This document shows, piece by piece, positions 37,946-47,892 of a stretch of DNA of 64,000 nt. The stretch is from IMG/VR virus record IMGVR_UViG_3300030101_004109; one strand, 5' to 3'. Both the position numbers and the translations under genes were made by a program. The first letter of the stretch is position 1. Each line of letters begins with the position of its first letter. The DNA comes from an uncultured virus (IMG/VR IMGVR_UViG_3300030101_004109) (Duplodnaviria; Heunggongvirae; Uroviricota; Caudoviricetes). The notes under the pieces are model-generated. The model was not told the DNA's origin. It did no database searches and saw only the letters and a list, made by a program, of their open reading frames with translations.

Positions 37946-40109
37946 CTGCGCCCTCAATCAAGTGCATACGCTCTGCTGCATCTTCTGCGGCGATCATGTT
38001 CTGCCAAATACGCTGCATTTTGACAAAGGGGATATTATGGTTGAGCGGGTAGCCCAAGTGATTGGTTAGGTTGTCAGATAACTTTTGGGCAACCATGCTT
38101 TCATCTACCGCAGACAAAATGATGTGACGGTCGTAGGCGTTGACACCTGTGTCTTTCTTGACGGTAAATGAGACGCCGCTATCTGTAACTGCTGTAATGC
38201 TGTTGGGGCTAATACGGGTAACTTCGCAGTCAAACGTCTGTTCTACAAACTCTCTACCATTACGAATCTTATTAGTAATCTTAACAAAGCAACCTTCGGG
38301 TAGATCGGCCACAACAGACCTAAACAGCGACGGCCCGTAGTCTTCCGGGCGATTGGCCCATTTTACGGTGCTCAGCGAAGACCGCATAATCGCTTGCGCT
38401 TCCATCTTTGTGTGATGGGTAAGCTTCTCTACATCGACCAGCTCAACCTTATTGTCCAGCTTCGATCCTCGAATCTTAGCCGTTGTCTGGGCAATCACTT
38501 CGCCTTTGTAGTTTGTCCACGAGTTAGCGCACGCCTCGAAAAGTTCAACTCCCCAGCCCACGTCGTCAAGAAACACGGTAGGCGGGTTTGGGAACATAGA
38601 CCCAGCGGCTAACGCCATAGCCATAACGATCGTTCGGAGTTCGGATCCTGACGGTGCCAGATGCAGCTTGCCGTTTCTGAGGAATCCGACTTCTCGCCGT
38701 TCAAGGTTAACGTGCAGAACACCGCCCTTTAGGTGCTGCGGCGACGGCATGAAGTATCGAGTCTTCTCCAGAAAGTCATCAAATCGGCTGTCTACAAGTT
38801 CCGCTTTCTTTCGCTTAAAGGCTATCAAGCTGTTCTTTACTTTGTCCAAGTTATCCTTGGACTTTGTCAGCTTTTCATGCCTCCCCTGTTCTTGCTTGTA
38901 CCTAAGCTGCTGCATGTTGAGGCGCGAAATAACTGTCTGAGCCGCTTCGATCTCAACCCGGCATTTATCAACGCTGTATTCGGGCTTCACGTCAACCTTG
39001 ACGTGAGAAGACATCACCCTAAGCTCAACTTGTTTGTTTGCTTCCTGGGCCATAACCTCTTCGATTTCTTGGTTGATCTGCCTTAGTGTCTCGGTGTCCA
39101 CAGCGTTTTGAATGTTCCAGATAGCGCCCTGGAAAGACAAAGCTTTGTTTTTGAAGTATGTTTCTGACGTATCGTCGCCGACAGACTTTTTAATCTTTTT
39201 TGAAGACTCACAAATGGGGCAAATCGGAATAGCGTGCTTTGAAGCATAGGCGCACAAAACTTCTGCGGCCCTATAAGCGTCCAGCTTTTCTTGATCTAGC
39301 CCTGGTAACGCCGCTCTTTTTGTTTGCAGCTCAGTGAGCTTTTGTCTCAAATGATGAATGTCGCTCTTGATTACGTCGATGGAGTGCTGATCTACCTGCT
39401 TAGAGTTTTCCCAAACTTGCCGGGCTGCTAACTTGTTTTGCCAAAAAGAAAGGTCTTCTTCTGCTGACTCCCTCATCATAGGATTAGGCGGCATAACGCC
39501 TGTGTCCTCCTGACTAATCAGCGTATTAATTTGACCTTTCAATAACTTTTCGGCATCTTTTAGATGCTTGATAGTCAGATTAAGGGCTTCGATAGGTGTA
39601 GCAGTCTTTCGCTTTAGGTAAGTCTCAAGCAGCTTTAGGTCATCCCCCATAAGGCCGCTTTTAATATCAGGCCCTTTTACGTTTCTAACTACAAAACGCA
39701 CCAGTTCATCGACCATTTTATCTGGAGTGCGGGCCAAAATCTGTTTGATGTCAGGGGCGATGTTCGCCCCTTGAGGCATCTTATACCCGGATTGCCAGTT
39801 ACGGGGGATAGACCCAGACTTGCTTTCCACAATATCGACAGAAGACGTGCCCTTGTTGTGTTCCAAGGTAACGTGAATATCTTCACCTGCGTTAAGCCTG
39901 TCTCGGATAGTACGCCCATCCGTTACATGTTTGCCTAAAATGTCAATAAAACAGCTCTTAGTCAGGGCAGCTTCAATAGATGACACGACAGAGCCTTTAC
40001 CTGCACCGCTGCTACCCACAAAAACCTTTACGTTTTTTGCGGGGTCAAAGTCGATAACAGTAGGCCGCTCTACAGCCATCATATTTGTAGTAATACGGTT
40101 CAACTTCAT
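37938..40109 (-). CDS. SbcC/Rad50-like ATPase
   Basis: Walker A GSSGAGKG, coiled coils, CPIC zinc hook, PSGSE signature, VFLDD Walker B. Confidence 0.8.
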   Translation of the reverse strand: MKLNRITTNMMAVERPTVIDFDPAKNVKVFVGSSGAGKGSVVSSIEAALTKSCFIDILGKHVTDGRTIRDRLNAGEDIHVTLEHNKGTSSVDIVESKSGSIPRNWQSGYKMPQGANIAPDIKQILARTPDKMVDELVRFVVRNVKGPDIKSGLMGDDLKLLETYLKRKTATPIEALNLTIKHLKDAEKLLKGQINTLISQEDTGVMPPNPMMRESAEEDLSFWQNKLAARQVWENSKQVDQHSIDVIKSDIHHLRQKLTELQTKRAALPGLDQEKLDAYRAAEVLCAYASKHAIPICPICESSKKIKKSVGDDTSETYFKNKALSFQGAIWNIQNAVDTETLRQINQEIEEVMAQEANKQVELRVMSSHVKVDVKPEYSVDKCRVEIEAAQTVISRLNMQQLRYKQEQGRHEKLTKSKDNLDKVKNSLIAFKRKKAELVDSRFDDFLEKTRYFMPSPQHLKGGVLHVNLERREVGFLRNGKLHLAPSGSELRTIVMAMALAAGSMFPNPPTVFLDDVGWGVELFEACANSWTNYKGEVIAQTTAKIRGSKLDNKVELVDVEKLTHHTKMEAQAIMRSSLSTVKWANRPEDYGPSLFRSVVADLPEGCFVKITNKIRNGREFVEQTFDCEVTRISPNSITAVTDSGVSFTVKKDTGVNAYDRHIILSAVDESMVAQKLSDNLTNHLGYPLNHNIPFVKMQRIWQNMIAAEDAAERMHLIEGADA

Positions 40110-40121
40110 TAAAACTATTCC

Positions 40122-40490
40122 TTATCGCGGGAAGCCCCGCCCTCTTTTTTCTAAAGAGTATTGGTGAGATTTGGCATCAAAAGCATCTACAAAAGCTTTT
40201 ACAGCTTTTTCATGGTCAAAAGGTTTGCAGCTAAATATATCTACGAAGCAAAAGCCCTTTTCTTGAAAAGTATGGATAGAACAGTGGCTCTCGGCCAACA
40301 CAACCACACCTGTCACGCCATGATCTTCTGGCACTTTGCCCGAATAATAAAATACCGAAGGCTCGGATATTCGAGTCATGCCGATACTTTCAGGTAAGTT
40401 AAGTAAGATAGTACGCACTAAATCAAGGTCTCCCAATAAGTCGGGAGAGCACTCACTAAGGTCTAACAGCAAATGCGGCCCGAAATACAT
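40122..40490 (-). CDS. speD: Pyruvoyl-dependent AdoMet decarboxylase family proenzyme
   Basis: FGPHLLLDL, GVTGVVVLAESHCSIHTF self-cleavage motif, VDIFSCKPFD; true start at MYFGPH. Confidence 0.92.
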   Translation of the reverse strand: MYFGPHLLLDLSECSPDLLGDLDLVRTILLNLPESIGMTRISEPSVFYYSGKVPEDHGVTGVVVLAESHCSIHTFQEKGFCFVDIFSCKPFDHEKAVKAFVDAFDAKSHQYSLEKRGRGFPR

Positions 40491-40491
40491 G

Positions 40492-41028
40492 TTATTCCCA
40501 GTGCAGCTTGTATACAATAAGGGTGCGCGGGCGGCCCGTAGAGGTAACGTAAGTCTCTTCTGACTTTTCTGCCCTAACGATAGTAAGGGTTTTTTCAAAG
40601 TCAGGCCCGATAACCTTAGCTACCCGGTCTGTCTCCAGGGCGGCGGACACAATTTGTCCGGTAATCTTGCCCACCCGAATAAAGCCGCTCTCAGCGTCCA
40701 GGGCGTTGATCCCGTTTGCGTGGGGTAGATCCCTGCGCGGGTCGTCAGCGTCCATCATACGGCCCAGGATGGCCCCTTCTGCGGGGACTACGAACTCGGT
40801 GAACCGGTAGGCGTCGTACCCCTCGGGACGGCCCGTCACCCACTCCAGATACATACCAAAGTTACGGCCACATTCAGACTGCATAAAAGCGTCGGAAGCC
40901 TTGATAAGCTCACACTTACCTGCCCAGGACTCTTTCAAATGCTGAAAGTAGGGCTCTTGGCAGTCTTCGTACTTCTGCCCCATTGGGTAGGAGTTAAGGT
41001 AAAGTCTATTGGGGATTCGAGTTGTCAT
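40492..41028 (-). CDS. Hypothetical protein upstream of speD
   Basis: GGAG RBS, own promoter-like element, stop 1 nt before speD start. Confidence 0.7.
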   Translation of the reverse strand: MTTRIPNRLYLNSYPMGQKYEDCQEPYFQHLKESWAGKCELIKASDAFMQSECGRNFGMYLEWVTGRPEGYDAYRFTEFVVPAEGAILGRMMDADDPRRDLPHANGINALDAESGFIRVGKITGQIVSAALETDRVAKVIGPDFEKTLTIVRAEKSEETYVTSTGRPRTLIVYKLHWE

Positions 41029-41063
41029 TGTTTTCTCCGTGAGGTCAGGGCCTCTGCCCTCCT

Positions 41064-41105
41064 ATTATGGGGGCGTCTGCAGGGTGTCAAGGGTAAAGTT
41101 GAAGA
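41064..41105 (-). promoter_or_regulatory. Promoter-like element
   Basis: TTCAACTTTACCCTTGACA-N15-CATAAT. Confidence 0.5.
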
Positions 41106-41109
41106 TTCT

Positions 41110-44106
41110 TTAAGTCACGTCTTTCAAGGTGCGGCCCGTCGAGGCTTCTCCCGAAATAGGAAACTCCCACCCTGGTATGTTCAAGGTGAAGGCGTCTTCA
41201 AATATTTCTTCTAACTCTCGGATCTCTTTTGGTAAATCTGAGCGTTTGTAGTATTTCACTTTCTCTGGTTTGTACACATCCTGGGGTTTCCAATACCGAG
41301 GCAAGTCAGAAGGCAAAGCCCATTCTACGGCAATAGAATCGTGGCATTGATAAATTATACCCGTACCGGGTCCTGTTTGGTCCCTTGGAAAGCGTTTCTC
41401 AATACGGCCTTCGATCATAGCCATAATCTCTGGCTCAGTTGCCAAAACACCAAAGTTAACTGCCTTGTTTACGTCGTCGCCTAAGTTGCCTGATTTGCGA
41501 TTGAATAAGTAAGACTGCACATAGCCGTTATCGCGGTAAAAATCTTGCTCTTTTTGCCACGCCATTTCCCATTCTGGCTGGCCCCTAAGCCAAGCTTCAT
41601 GCAGTTTTACAACTTCAAGGGGCTTCATGTGCATGTAAGGCATGGACTTCTGGATGATGCCAAAAATATCTAGCTCAATCGTACCTTCTTCTAAACCTCT
41701 GTGCCAGTTATCGGGAAGGTCAAACTCCGTAGCTGTAAGCACACGCCAAACGGTTGCAGGGGAAGCGCCGTATACAGAAGCGTATATAAAGATTTTGATT
41801 GTGTTCCGCATAGCATCGGCGGTGCTTCCGGGGTCGGGCTTTTTCTTCAGCCCGTTATACCCTTGGGCTCCTGTGAACCTTTTGCCGAATGTCGTATATG
41901 CGTTGTAGTTGTGCGGATCATAGCCTTTTCGGATTGCTTCGCATAGTGCGGGAATCTTCCACACGTTAGCGATAATAAATAAGTGGGCTTGGTTTACGTC
42001 CGCTCCATAAAATACTCTACCGGGAGGCGCCGCAAAAACCTTCTTCAGCGGACCCTGGCCCTTTTTATTACCGATGTTCTGTACGTTAGGTCCTCGGCTG
42101 CTGTATCTACCGACGTTAGTTAGATGCGCCGAAAAGGAAGAATGTATCCTGTTGTCGGGATAAAGGAATGACTTTGTAAATCCTTTGCTCCTACCGTTTC
42201 TGCCCATAATCAGCTTTTCCGGCGCCAAGGGTCTTAGCGTCGTTCCGACAATCTTACCCCGAATACGACGGAAAACCCGCACAAGCTGCATGATCTCAGC
42301 TTGTTTGCGGTTAAGAACGCCCGATGCGATGTAATGCCTGTGGACAACATCGGACGTAGACAAGTCACCGTTAGTGGTAAGAAAGTCTTTCTTGCTGTAA
42401 ATCGGCTCCCCGTCGTCATCTTTAATGCCTGATTCCCACAACGGAGGCAAGTCCCATTTGTCAAAGTACAACCAGCGCAAATGACGGGTAGAGTTGGGGT
42501 TCATTTCATCGCCAGAAATCTCTTCCTGGCTCAGATAAATGCCCTCTGCCTGCAGTAACCGTTGTAGCCGGTTCCAAATATATGTGTACTCTTCAACCCC
42601 TTTTGCCTCTAACGAACCGCGCTTTGCTTGATCAATCCACAAGCCAACCTTCGTCATACGAACGCCGCGATCTTGCCGCTCATGGTCAATATCACAAAGA
42701 GAAGGTACACCTGGGTGCGGCCACCAATCAAGCGTTAGGTATTCTTCTTTAATGGGACCGAAGTAGCCTGTAGCAGAAGCAAGCCGACGCAGCTCAGGCC
42801 AAATCTTTAAGTTTACTTGAACGTCCGTTCCGTTGTACTTTAACAGCTCTGCGTCATCTGTAGAGCCTGTAGCAATAGACTCTTCCTTGTCATCGCTGTC
42901 CCACTCACCTACATCACAGTAAGTTCTACCTGTAGGCTTTAGACCTTTGGGGATAGAAGGGTTTGCAGCACGAGCAGGAAGGATCGTATCTAGTAAAGGT
43001 GTAGGAGTTACGTAAAAGTTTGCTTCTACGTTTAATCTATCGAACTGCCCTGCGTTGTGCCCGATCTTCAGTACACTTTCATCCGTCAGCAGCTCACAAC
43101 ATAAAGCGATTATTTCTTTCTCTTCTGCTTCCGAATAAAAGCGCGTGACACCATCAGTCGAAAGAAGTGATATACAAGCAAGCTGAATAGGACCATCTTC
43201 AATGCCATCTTCCCAACGCGCAAAAGCAATCGTTCGCATAGGGATTTGGGAAGGTCTAAGTCCTTGTCGGTGCTTTGGCGTTTCAACGTCATAACAGATG
43301 ATAGGTTTTGTAAACTGATGCGCCTTTCGGCCCGAATGAAACGTAGGTTTTATGTCTGCAATCCACTGTGCAAACTCAGCCGGTGTGGGGCGCCATAGTA
43401 TATCAGACGGTTCTTCCCAGTTTAGCGCGTTATTTGTGAACCGCAAAAACTTTCTAATGTCATGGATCCACCTATCGAAGTAGGCTGGAGACCTATCTAC
43501 ATAGCCGGGACTATACGTAGGTAGCAGCTTTCTGTGAAAGCCTTCGTAATCTTCACTAACCTTGTTCCACTGTCCGTCAACCTTCCACGGACTGCCCCGA
43601 ACTTTTTTAATGCCTCGGCGAACACCAGTTAAAGACTGGGTAGCGACCTTACCAAACGTAAGAATATTGTCGTATTTATCTACAGCTTTAAGTAATCGGG
43701 GCCTGCAGCACTCTTCGGGGTGTGGAACAGAATCTAATCCGTCTGCGTTACGCCTTTTATTTAGCCGCTTTAACTTATCTTCCATACGACGATAGGCCCC
43801 ATTGACGGGGCCAGGAGGTCTGCACGCTAAAACAGATGTTACGGAAAAATCATCCCGCTTGCCTTTCAACTCCCACAAAGCTCTAAGCCAGGGGCCGCCT
43901 ACCTCAGAAGAAGAAAAGTAATGCTCGCTTCTCTCATCTTCTTTGTTAGGCGCGTCAAGCACTACAATAGATTTTGCTCCATCGTAGTGCTCTGTTTTAA
44001 TCGGGCGCCAATCAAATGAAAATGTTTTTAAGTCCCCGTAAGGCCCAAGGGGGCATCGGTCACACTCAGCGCCATCACACGTGGGATCGTACCCCATTGT
44101 TGCCAT
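41110..44106 (-). CDS. polA: Family A DNA polymerase with N-terminal UDG-family-4-like domain and 3'-5' exonuclease
   Basis: CDRC/CRP/EECC UDG-like cysteines; YDVET, GHNAGQFD, YNGTD exo motifs; GRYSSRGPNVQNI; motif A GADVNQAHL, motif B RNTIKIFIYASVYG, motif C CHDSI. Confidence 0.93.
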   Translation of the reverse strand: MATMGYDPTCDGAECDRCPLGPYGDLKTFSFDWRPIKTEHYDGAKSIVVLDAPNKEDERSEHYFSSSEVGGPWLRALWELKGKRDDFSVTSVLACRPPGPVNGAYRRMEDKLKRLNKRRNADGLDSVPHPEECCRPRLLKAVDKYDNILTFGKVATQSLTGVRRGIKKVRGSPWKVDGQWNKVSEDYEGFHRKLLPTYSPGYVDRSPAYFDRWIHDIRKFLRFTNNALNWEEPSDILWRPTPAEFAQWIADIKPTFHSGRKAHQFTKPIICYDVETPKHRQGLRPSQIPMRTIAFARWEDGIEDGPIQLACISLLSTDGVTRFYSEAEEKEIIALCCELLTDESVLKIGHNAGQFDRLNVEANFYVTPTPLLDTILPARAANPSIPKGLKPTGRTYCDVGEWDSDDKEESIATGSTDDAELLKYNGTDVQVNLKIWPELRRLASATGYFGPIKEEYLTLDWWPHPGVPSLCDIDHERQDRGVRMTKVGLWIDQAKRGSLEAKGVEEYTYIWNRLQRLLQAEGIYLSQEEISGDEMNPNSTRHLRWLYFDKWDLPPLWESGIKDDDGEPIYSKKDFLTTNGDLSTSDVVHRHYIASGVLNRKQAEIMQLVRVFRRIRGKIVGTTLRPLAPEKLIMGRNGRSKGFTKSFLYPDNRIHSSFSAHLTNVGRYSSRGPNVQNIGNKKGQGPLKKVFAAPPGRVFYGADVNQAHLFIIANVWKIPALCEAIRKGYDPHNYNAYTTFGKRFTGAQGYNGLKKKPDPGSTADAMRNTIKIFIYASVYGASPATVWRVLTATEFDLPDNWHRGLEEGTIELDIFGIIQKSMPYMHMKPLEVVKLHEAWLRGQPEWEMAWQKEQDFYRDNGYVQSYLFNRKSGNLGDDVNKAVNFGVLATEPEIMAMIEGRIEKRFPRDQTGPGTGIIYQCHDSIAVEWALPSDLPRYWKPQDVYKPEKVKYYKRSDLPKEIRELEEIFEDAFTLNIPGWEFPISGEASTGRTLKDVT

Positions 44107-44387
44107 CCATGTATAATGTCGTGGCCTTCAAGTAACTCTTCTTCCCCAATAAGGCGGTTTACGTAAGCATGGCTTAGCGCCGCCTGCCGAGAGAAGAAAG
44201 CTTTTTTATACTCATTGTTATTGGCCAGCCCTTGTGTAATAACGGGGGGCAGCTCGACAAAACCAGAGATAGACGAGAAAAACATTTCATGCGGTATAAG
44301 AAGTCGTACCGTGCCGTGCGTAACTGTTATATCGCTTACGTTAGGCGTTTCGTAAGGGTCGTACACAAACTGCATAACGTCACTCAA
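44028..44387 (-). CDS. Hypothetical protein
   Basis: GTGA overlap with the upstream gene; overlaps polA start. Confidence 0.4.
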   Translation of the reverse strand: MSDVMQFVYDPYETPNVSDITVTHGTVRLLIPHEMFFSSISGFVELPPVITQGLANNNEYKKAFFSRQAALSHAYVNRLIGEEELLEGHDIIHGWQQWGTIPRVMALSVTDAPLGLTGT

Positions 44388-44806
44388 AAGGGTAAAAGGT
44401 TGTTACGTTCTAAGGCAAGCTGGTACAGTCCGATAGCTCGGGCGATAACAGGGTTTCTGTTTTTAACCACATTATCGGGATGATCTACCATTACAGCAAC
44501 TTTATCTGCTTCAACTTGATACGTTTTAATCTCAGGCCAGCCTAACATATTTTGTAGCATACCCACTAAAAAGCTGTCCGATACGTCGGGAACGATGTCA
44601 TGCCGTGCTTGTACATGCCGGACCCAAACAGGATCGGTTAGCACAATTCTCTTTTGGTGACCGGCACTTAGGTCGATAAAAACTAAGCCCGTTCTGTACA
44701 CAAATCCAGGCAAAGACTTAATTTTTCTGGCGATAGATATTTCATTAGGGGTTAGCATAACGGGCATAGCGTATTGAATCCTATTGACAGACACCGTATT
44801 ACACAA
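44384..44806 (-). CDS. Hypothetical protein (start possibly 44767)
   Basis: Fits operon. Confidence 0.55.
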   Translation of the reverse strand: MCNTVSVNRIQYAMPVMLTPNEISIARKIKSLPGFVYRTGLVFIDLSAGHQKRIVLTDPVWVRHVQARHDIVPDVSDSFLVGMLQNMLGWPEIKTYQVEADKVAVMVDHPDNVVKNRNPVIARAIGLYQLALERNNLLPF

Positions 44807-44830
44807 AACTAAGGGGGCTATACGCCCCCC
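44805..44830 (-). terminator. Rho-independent terminator after the SSB-like gene
   Basis: GGGGGC-GTATA-GCCCCC then TTAGTTTT on the minus strand. Confidence 0.65.
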
Positions 44831-44849
44831 ATATCAGGTATCTAAGCAA

Positions 44850-45551
44850 TCAGAAGGGGACGTTATCTCCGTCGCCTTCATCTGCTCCCTCTTCAGCGCC
44901 ACCAGAAACCATGGCGTTGATCTTATCGAACGAAGCCGGCTTACGCTTAGGCGTAGGAACCTGATCTTTCATGTCTTCCCAAGAGCTAACTGGAACCAGC
45001 TTAGTGCGGCCCGAGTAGTAGGAAGACAGGTCCTTTTCCTGCAGCGTCTTAGCCATTTCTGCATGATCGTTGGTGATTTCTGCAAAACGCTGAGCCTGAG
45101 CGGTCATAGCGTAAAGCTTGCCGGAGCTTGCCAGCCCTTCCGCCATCGTACCCATGATGTAGTCAGGAGTAAGGTTAGCTGCAGTTTCGTTACCTGCCTC
45201 TACCTCGCTAAGCACAAAGCTGAACAGGTCGGTATAGCCCGAATCAGTCTTAACACCCGCACATTCCAGAAGACCCCGAAACTCAGACTCGAAGCGAGCC
45301 GTTTCCTTAGCCTGGAAGTCTTCGGTCAGTTCCTTCTTAGCGCGCTTAGCGGCACCTGCGGCGTCTTCACCCCAAACATCAGCGCGGTCAACCCACTGCT
45401 TGTTGAAGCGAAAACCATACACAGCCTTACCGTTAGGAGTAGCCGTCTTAGCTTCGGTAATAGCTTCAATCACATAACCGGGACGAAAACCCTGACGAGT
45501 GCCGGGGGTACGAGCTTTGCGATTTGCAAGACGGGAAAGAAAATCAGACAT
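44850..45551 (-). CDS. Probable single-stranded DNA-binding protein
   Basis: Acidic tail ending DNVPF, high-expression codon bias, follows the Sak4-like ATPase. Confidence 0.6.
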   Translation of the reverse strand: MSDFLSRLANRKARTPGTRQGFRPGYVIEAITEAKTATPNGKAVYGFRFNKQWVDRADVWGEDAAGAAKRAKKELTEDFQAKETARFESEFRGLLECAGVKTDSGYTDLFSFVLSEVEAGNETAANLTPDYIMGTMAEGLASSGKLYAMTAQAQRFAEITNDHAEMAKTLQEKDLSSYYSGRTKLVPVSSWEDMKDQVPTPKRKPASFDKINAMVSGGAEEGADEGDGDNVPF

Positions 45552-45567
45552 GTTGTTTTCCTATTGT

Positions 45568-46794
45568 TTACCAATTGGTTGTGGTTGATCCGAAAGCATT
45601 GGGACTGGAAGCCCCTCCGTTTCCAGACGAGGCCCCTTTAACCGCGCCCAAACTGCCCGGCAAGGGGAAACTGAAAGGATCTGCAGAAATCTGCCGCCGA
45701 TACCATGCCAGCGCAGCCGCCTGCTGGTAGACAGTCCGTACCGCTTGGACCCTGTTAGCGGGCTCATGAGCGAAAGGAAGCTTTTTTGCCTGTTCAAAAT
45801 ACTTCCAAACATACATAGCTTGCTCACGAGGAGCGTGTAGTTCCGTATCGTTAAAGTAGTCTGCAAACATTTCCACTAGACGGTCTATTTCTTCTCGGCC
45901 CTTTTGCCGCTTTGTATTAACGCCGGACATTTTCATAACTGCCCAAATGTTAGCTGGGCAGTAGCCCGCAATAATACCTAGCTTAGACTTGGTGCGGATT
46001 GACTTATTCATCCCATCGGCATAAATGAACGGAGCAAATACTCTGTCTGGTCTGCTAAAACCATCCATAAACTTATTGGGGTTTTGCCCGACGTAGTACA
46101 GCTCTTGGAACAATTCAGTAAGCTGCTGTTCTGCGGTTCTGGAAGGGGCTCTAAGATAGACGCCCCTATCACCTTCTGCAGGCCTAACGTGAAACACAAA
46201 GAAGACGTTAACGCCCAAGGTCTCAGCCTGAGAGAATACATAAGGCACATCAGTCTTTAGCGCCAGAAACATAGCCTGTGTATTTACGTTAATGTCTTTA
46301 TTCGACACAAACCGATGACTTGCCTGCTGCGTCTTCATCAGCATGATTGGGTTCTTTGCGTGTTTCAGCAAAGCTGCCTTTTTCTTCTTAGCAAATTCTT
46401 CTGCATCAGAGTTCCACCGACGAAAAGACTCGTCAAGCGCATGGGTGCATTCGTCAAAAACGATAGCATCAAAGTCTTTCTGAAGACGTTCTGTTACTTC
46501 CGGCTTGCGCAGTTCATCTACGAAAGCTTCCCAAGCGTCCATGTGATAGCCGGTAACAGATGGGGGCTGCCAGCTGGTGTTTCCTGTTTCTGCCTCTTTC
46601 TTTCTAATCATGTCTACATAGTCAGACAAAAAGTCTTCAATGTGCGTAAGACGGTAACCAAGCATGGCTTCAATAGAAACCATATGCTTTCGTTTGCCGA
46701 TGTATAGGGTGCGCTCACATGCCCCTGCGGCCAATACACTTTTACCAACATTTTCCTCACCCATAAGGGCGACTGCCACTGTCTTGCTTGACAC
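45568..46794 (-). CDS. AAA ATPase, Sak4-like recombinase
   Basis: GEENVGKS Walker A, IVFDECT Walker B, VFFVFH; nuclease-ATPase-SSB synteny. Confidence 0.7.
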   Translation of the reverse strand: MSSKTVAVALMGEENVGKSVLAAGACERTLYIGKRKHMVSIEAMLGYRLTHIEDFLSDYVDMIRKKEAETGNTSWQPPSVTGYHMDAWEAFVDELRKPEVTERLQKDFDAIVFDECTHALDESFRRWNSDAEEFAKKKKAALLKHAKNPIMLMKTQQASHRFVSNKDINVNTQAMFLALKTDVPYVFSQAETLGVNVFFVFHVRPAEGDRGVYLRAPSRTAEQQLTELFQELYYVGQNPNKFMDGFSRPDRVFAPFIYADGMNKSIRTKSKLGIIAGYCPANIWAVMKMSGVNTKRQKGREEIDRLVEMFADYFNDTELHAPREQAMYVWKYFEQAKKLPFAHEPANRVQAVRTVYQQAAALAWYRRQISADPFSFPLPGSLGAVKGASSGNGGASSPNAFGSTTTNW

Positions 46795-46808
46795 TATTGC
46801 TCCAACTA

Positions 46809-47834
46809 TTAAAACGGTAACTCTTCACCATGATGACAATGTTTGAAATAACGGCACGAAGTGCCTTCTTTATTCTTGTATGTCGAGATGCAGTTACCGC
46901 CAACTTCAAGGGCACCCGTCATGGGCCAGCCCTCTCGACCTATGTACCCCGCCGATTCCGCCGCGTCAAGCCGCGCGCGGGTCTGAGCCGCCTGTAAAAT
47001 CAGCAGCGGCAGGGAGTTTGCCCTATTTTGAGAGTAGCGCAAAGCGGTAACTTTGACTTTTCCAGGAGACGCGGGGTTAACGCTAATACCATGAATATCT
47101 ACAGACTTAACTGCGCCACGCCATTTTTGCATAGCCAGCATCCAGATAGCAGTAAAACCCATATCAACATTGTATTTGTTTGGATCTGACCAGATATTAT
47201 TCTGGTGCTTATGGTCAATGACTGTAGCAAACCCGGCGTTATCCGCCGTAACTAAGTCAAGCCTGCGGGAGAGGTAAATAGGCTTTTTGTGAAAACGGGA
47301 ACCTTCCACATTCATTAGTGCAAGTTTTATAGTTTCTCCGTTACCCGCAGGAAGGGTGTCTACCTCTTCTTCCAACTGATCCCAGCAGTCTTCTCTAACT
47401 AGCCAGTAACCAAACTTACCCCGCTTACGGCCCAATACACCAACTAGCTCTGTCTCAACCATAATCTGCCGGTCAATCAAAGGCGGATTAATCTTATAGT
47501 TTTGGTACGCAGTAACTACCTTATCCACAAAAGGCTCGTGATCAGGTTCTTTTTCGGCGTGATCTATTACAGCTTCTTCCGGTGACATAAAAATACTGCT
47601 ATCATCATACAGCTGACCGTTAACAATAACGGAACCATAAGCATTAATGGCTTCGATTGTATGATGATGCGCCTGTATATCATGGCCTAATGTTCCAGTA
47701 AGCAGCGGCGGGGCAGTCCCCACACCGTTTTTATTATCCATATCTAATCGAGCCATATAAGCGCATTGTAATACAGGAGAGTAGTAAGACCACCCCCGAC
47801 GGGACTTACCGGCGTCAATACGTATTTTGTTCAT
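46809..47834 (-). CDS. PD-(D/E)XK, Cas4/RecB-like exonuclease
   Basis: GTLGH, RLDLV, VIDHK; one N-terminal and three C-terminal Cys. Confidence 0.75.
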   Translation of the reverse strand: MNKIRIDAGKSRRGWSYYSPVLQCAYMARLDMDNKNGVGTAPPLLTGTLGHDIQAHHHTIEAINAYGSVIVNGQLYDDSSIFMSPEEAVIDHAEKEPDHEPFVDKVVTAYQNYKINPPLIDRQIMVETELVGVLGRKRGKFGYWLVREDCWDQLEEEVDTLPAGNGETIKLALMNVEGSRFHKKPIYLSRRLDLVTADNAGFATVIDHKHQNNIWSDPNKYNVDMGFTAIWMLAMQKWRGAVKSVDIHGISVNPASPGKVKVTALRYSQNRANSLPLLILQAAQTRARLDAAESAGYIGREGWPMTGALEVGGNCISTYKNKEGTSCRYFKHCHHGEELPF

Positions 47835-47892
47835 GGTAGTTCCAACAAAAGCGGAATACCACATGTAACCCCCAGCTATACAGAAATCAACC

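Noticed and set aside
41110..44106. DpoZ / Z-genome call
   Set aside because: No purZ or datZ recognised in the window, and diagnostic residues cannot be verified by eye
46809..47834. Cas4-like nuclease as CRISPR-associated
   Set aside because: Sits in a nuclease-Sak4-SSB recombination module typical of phages
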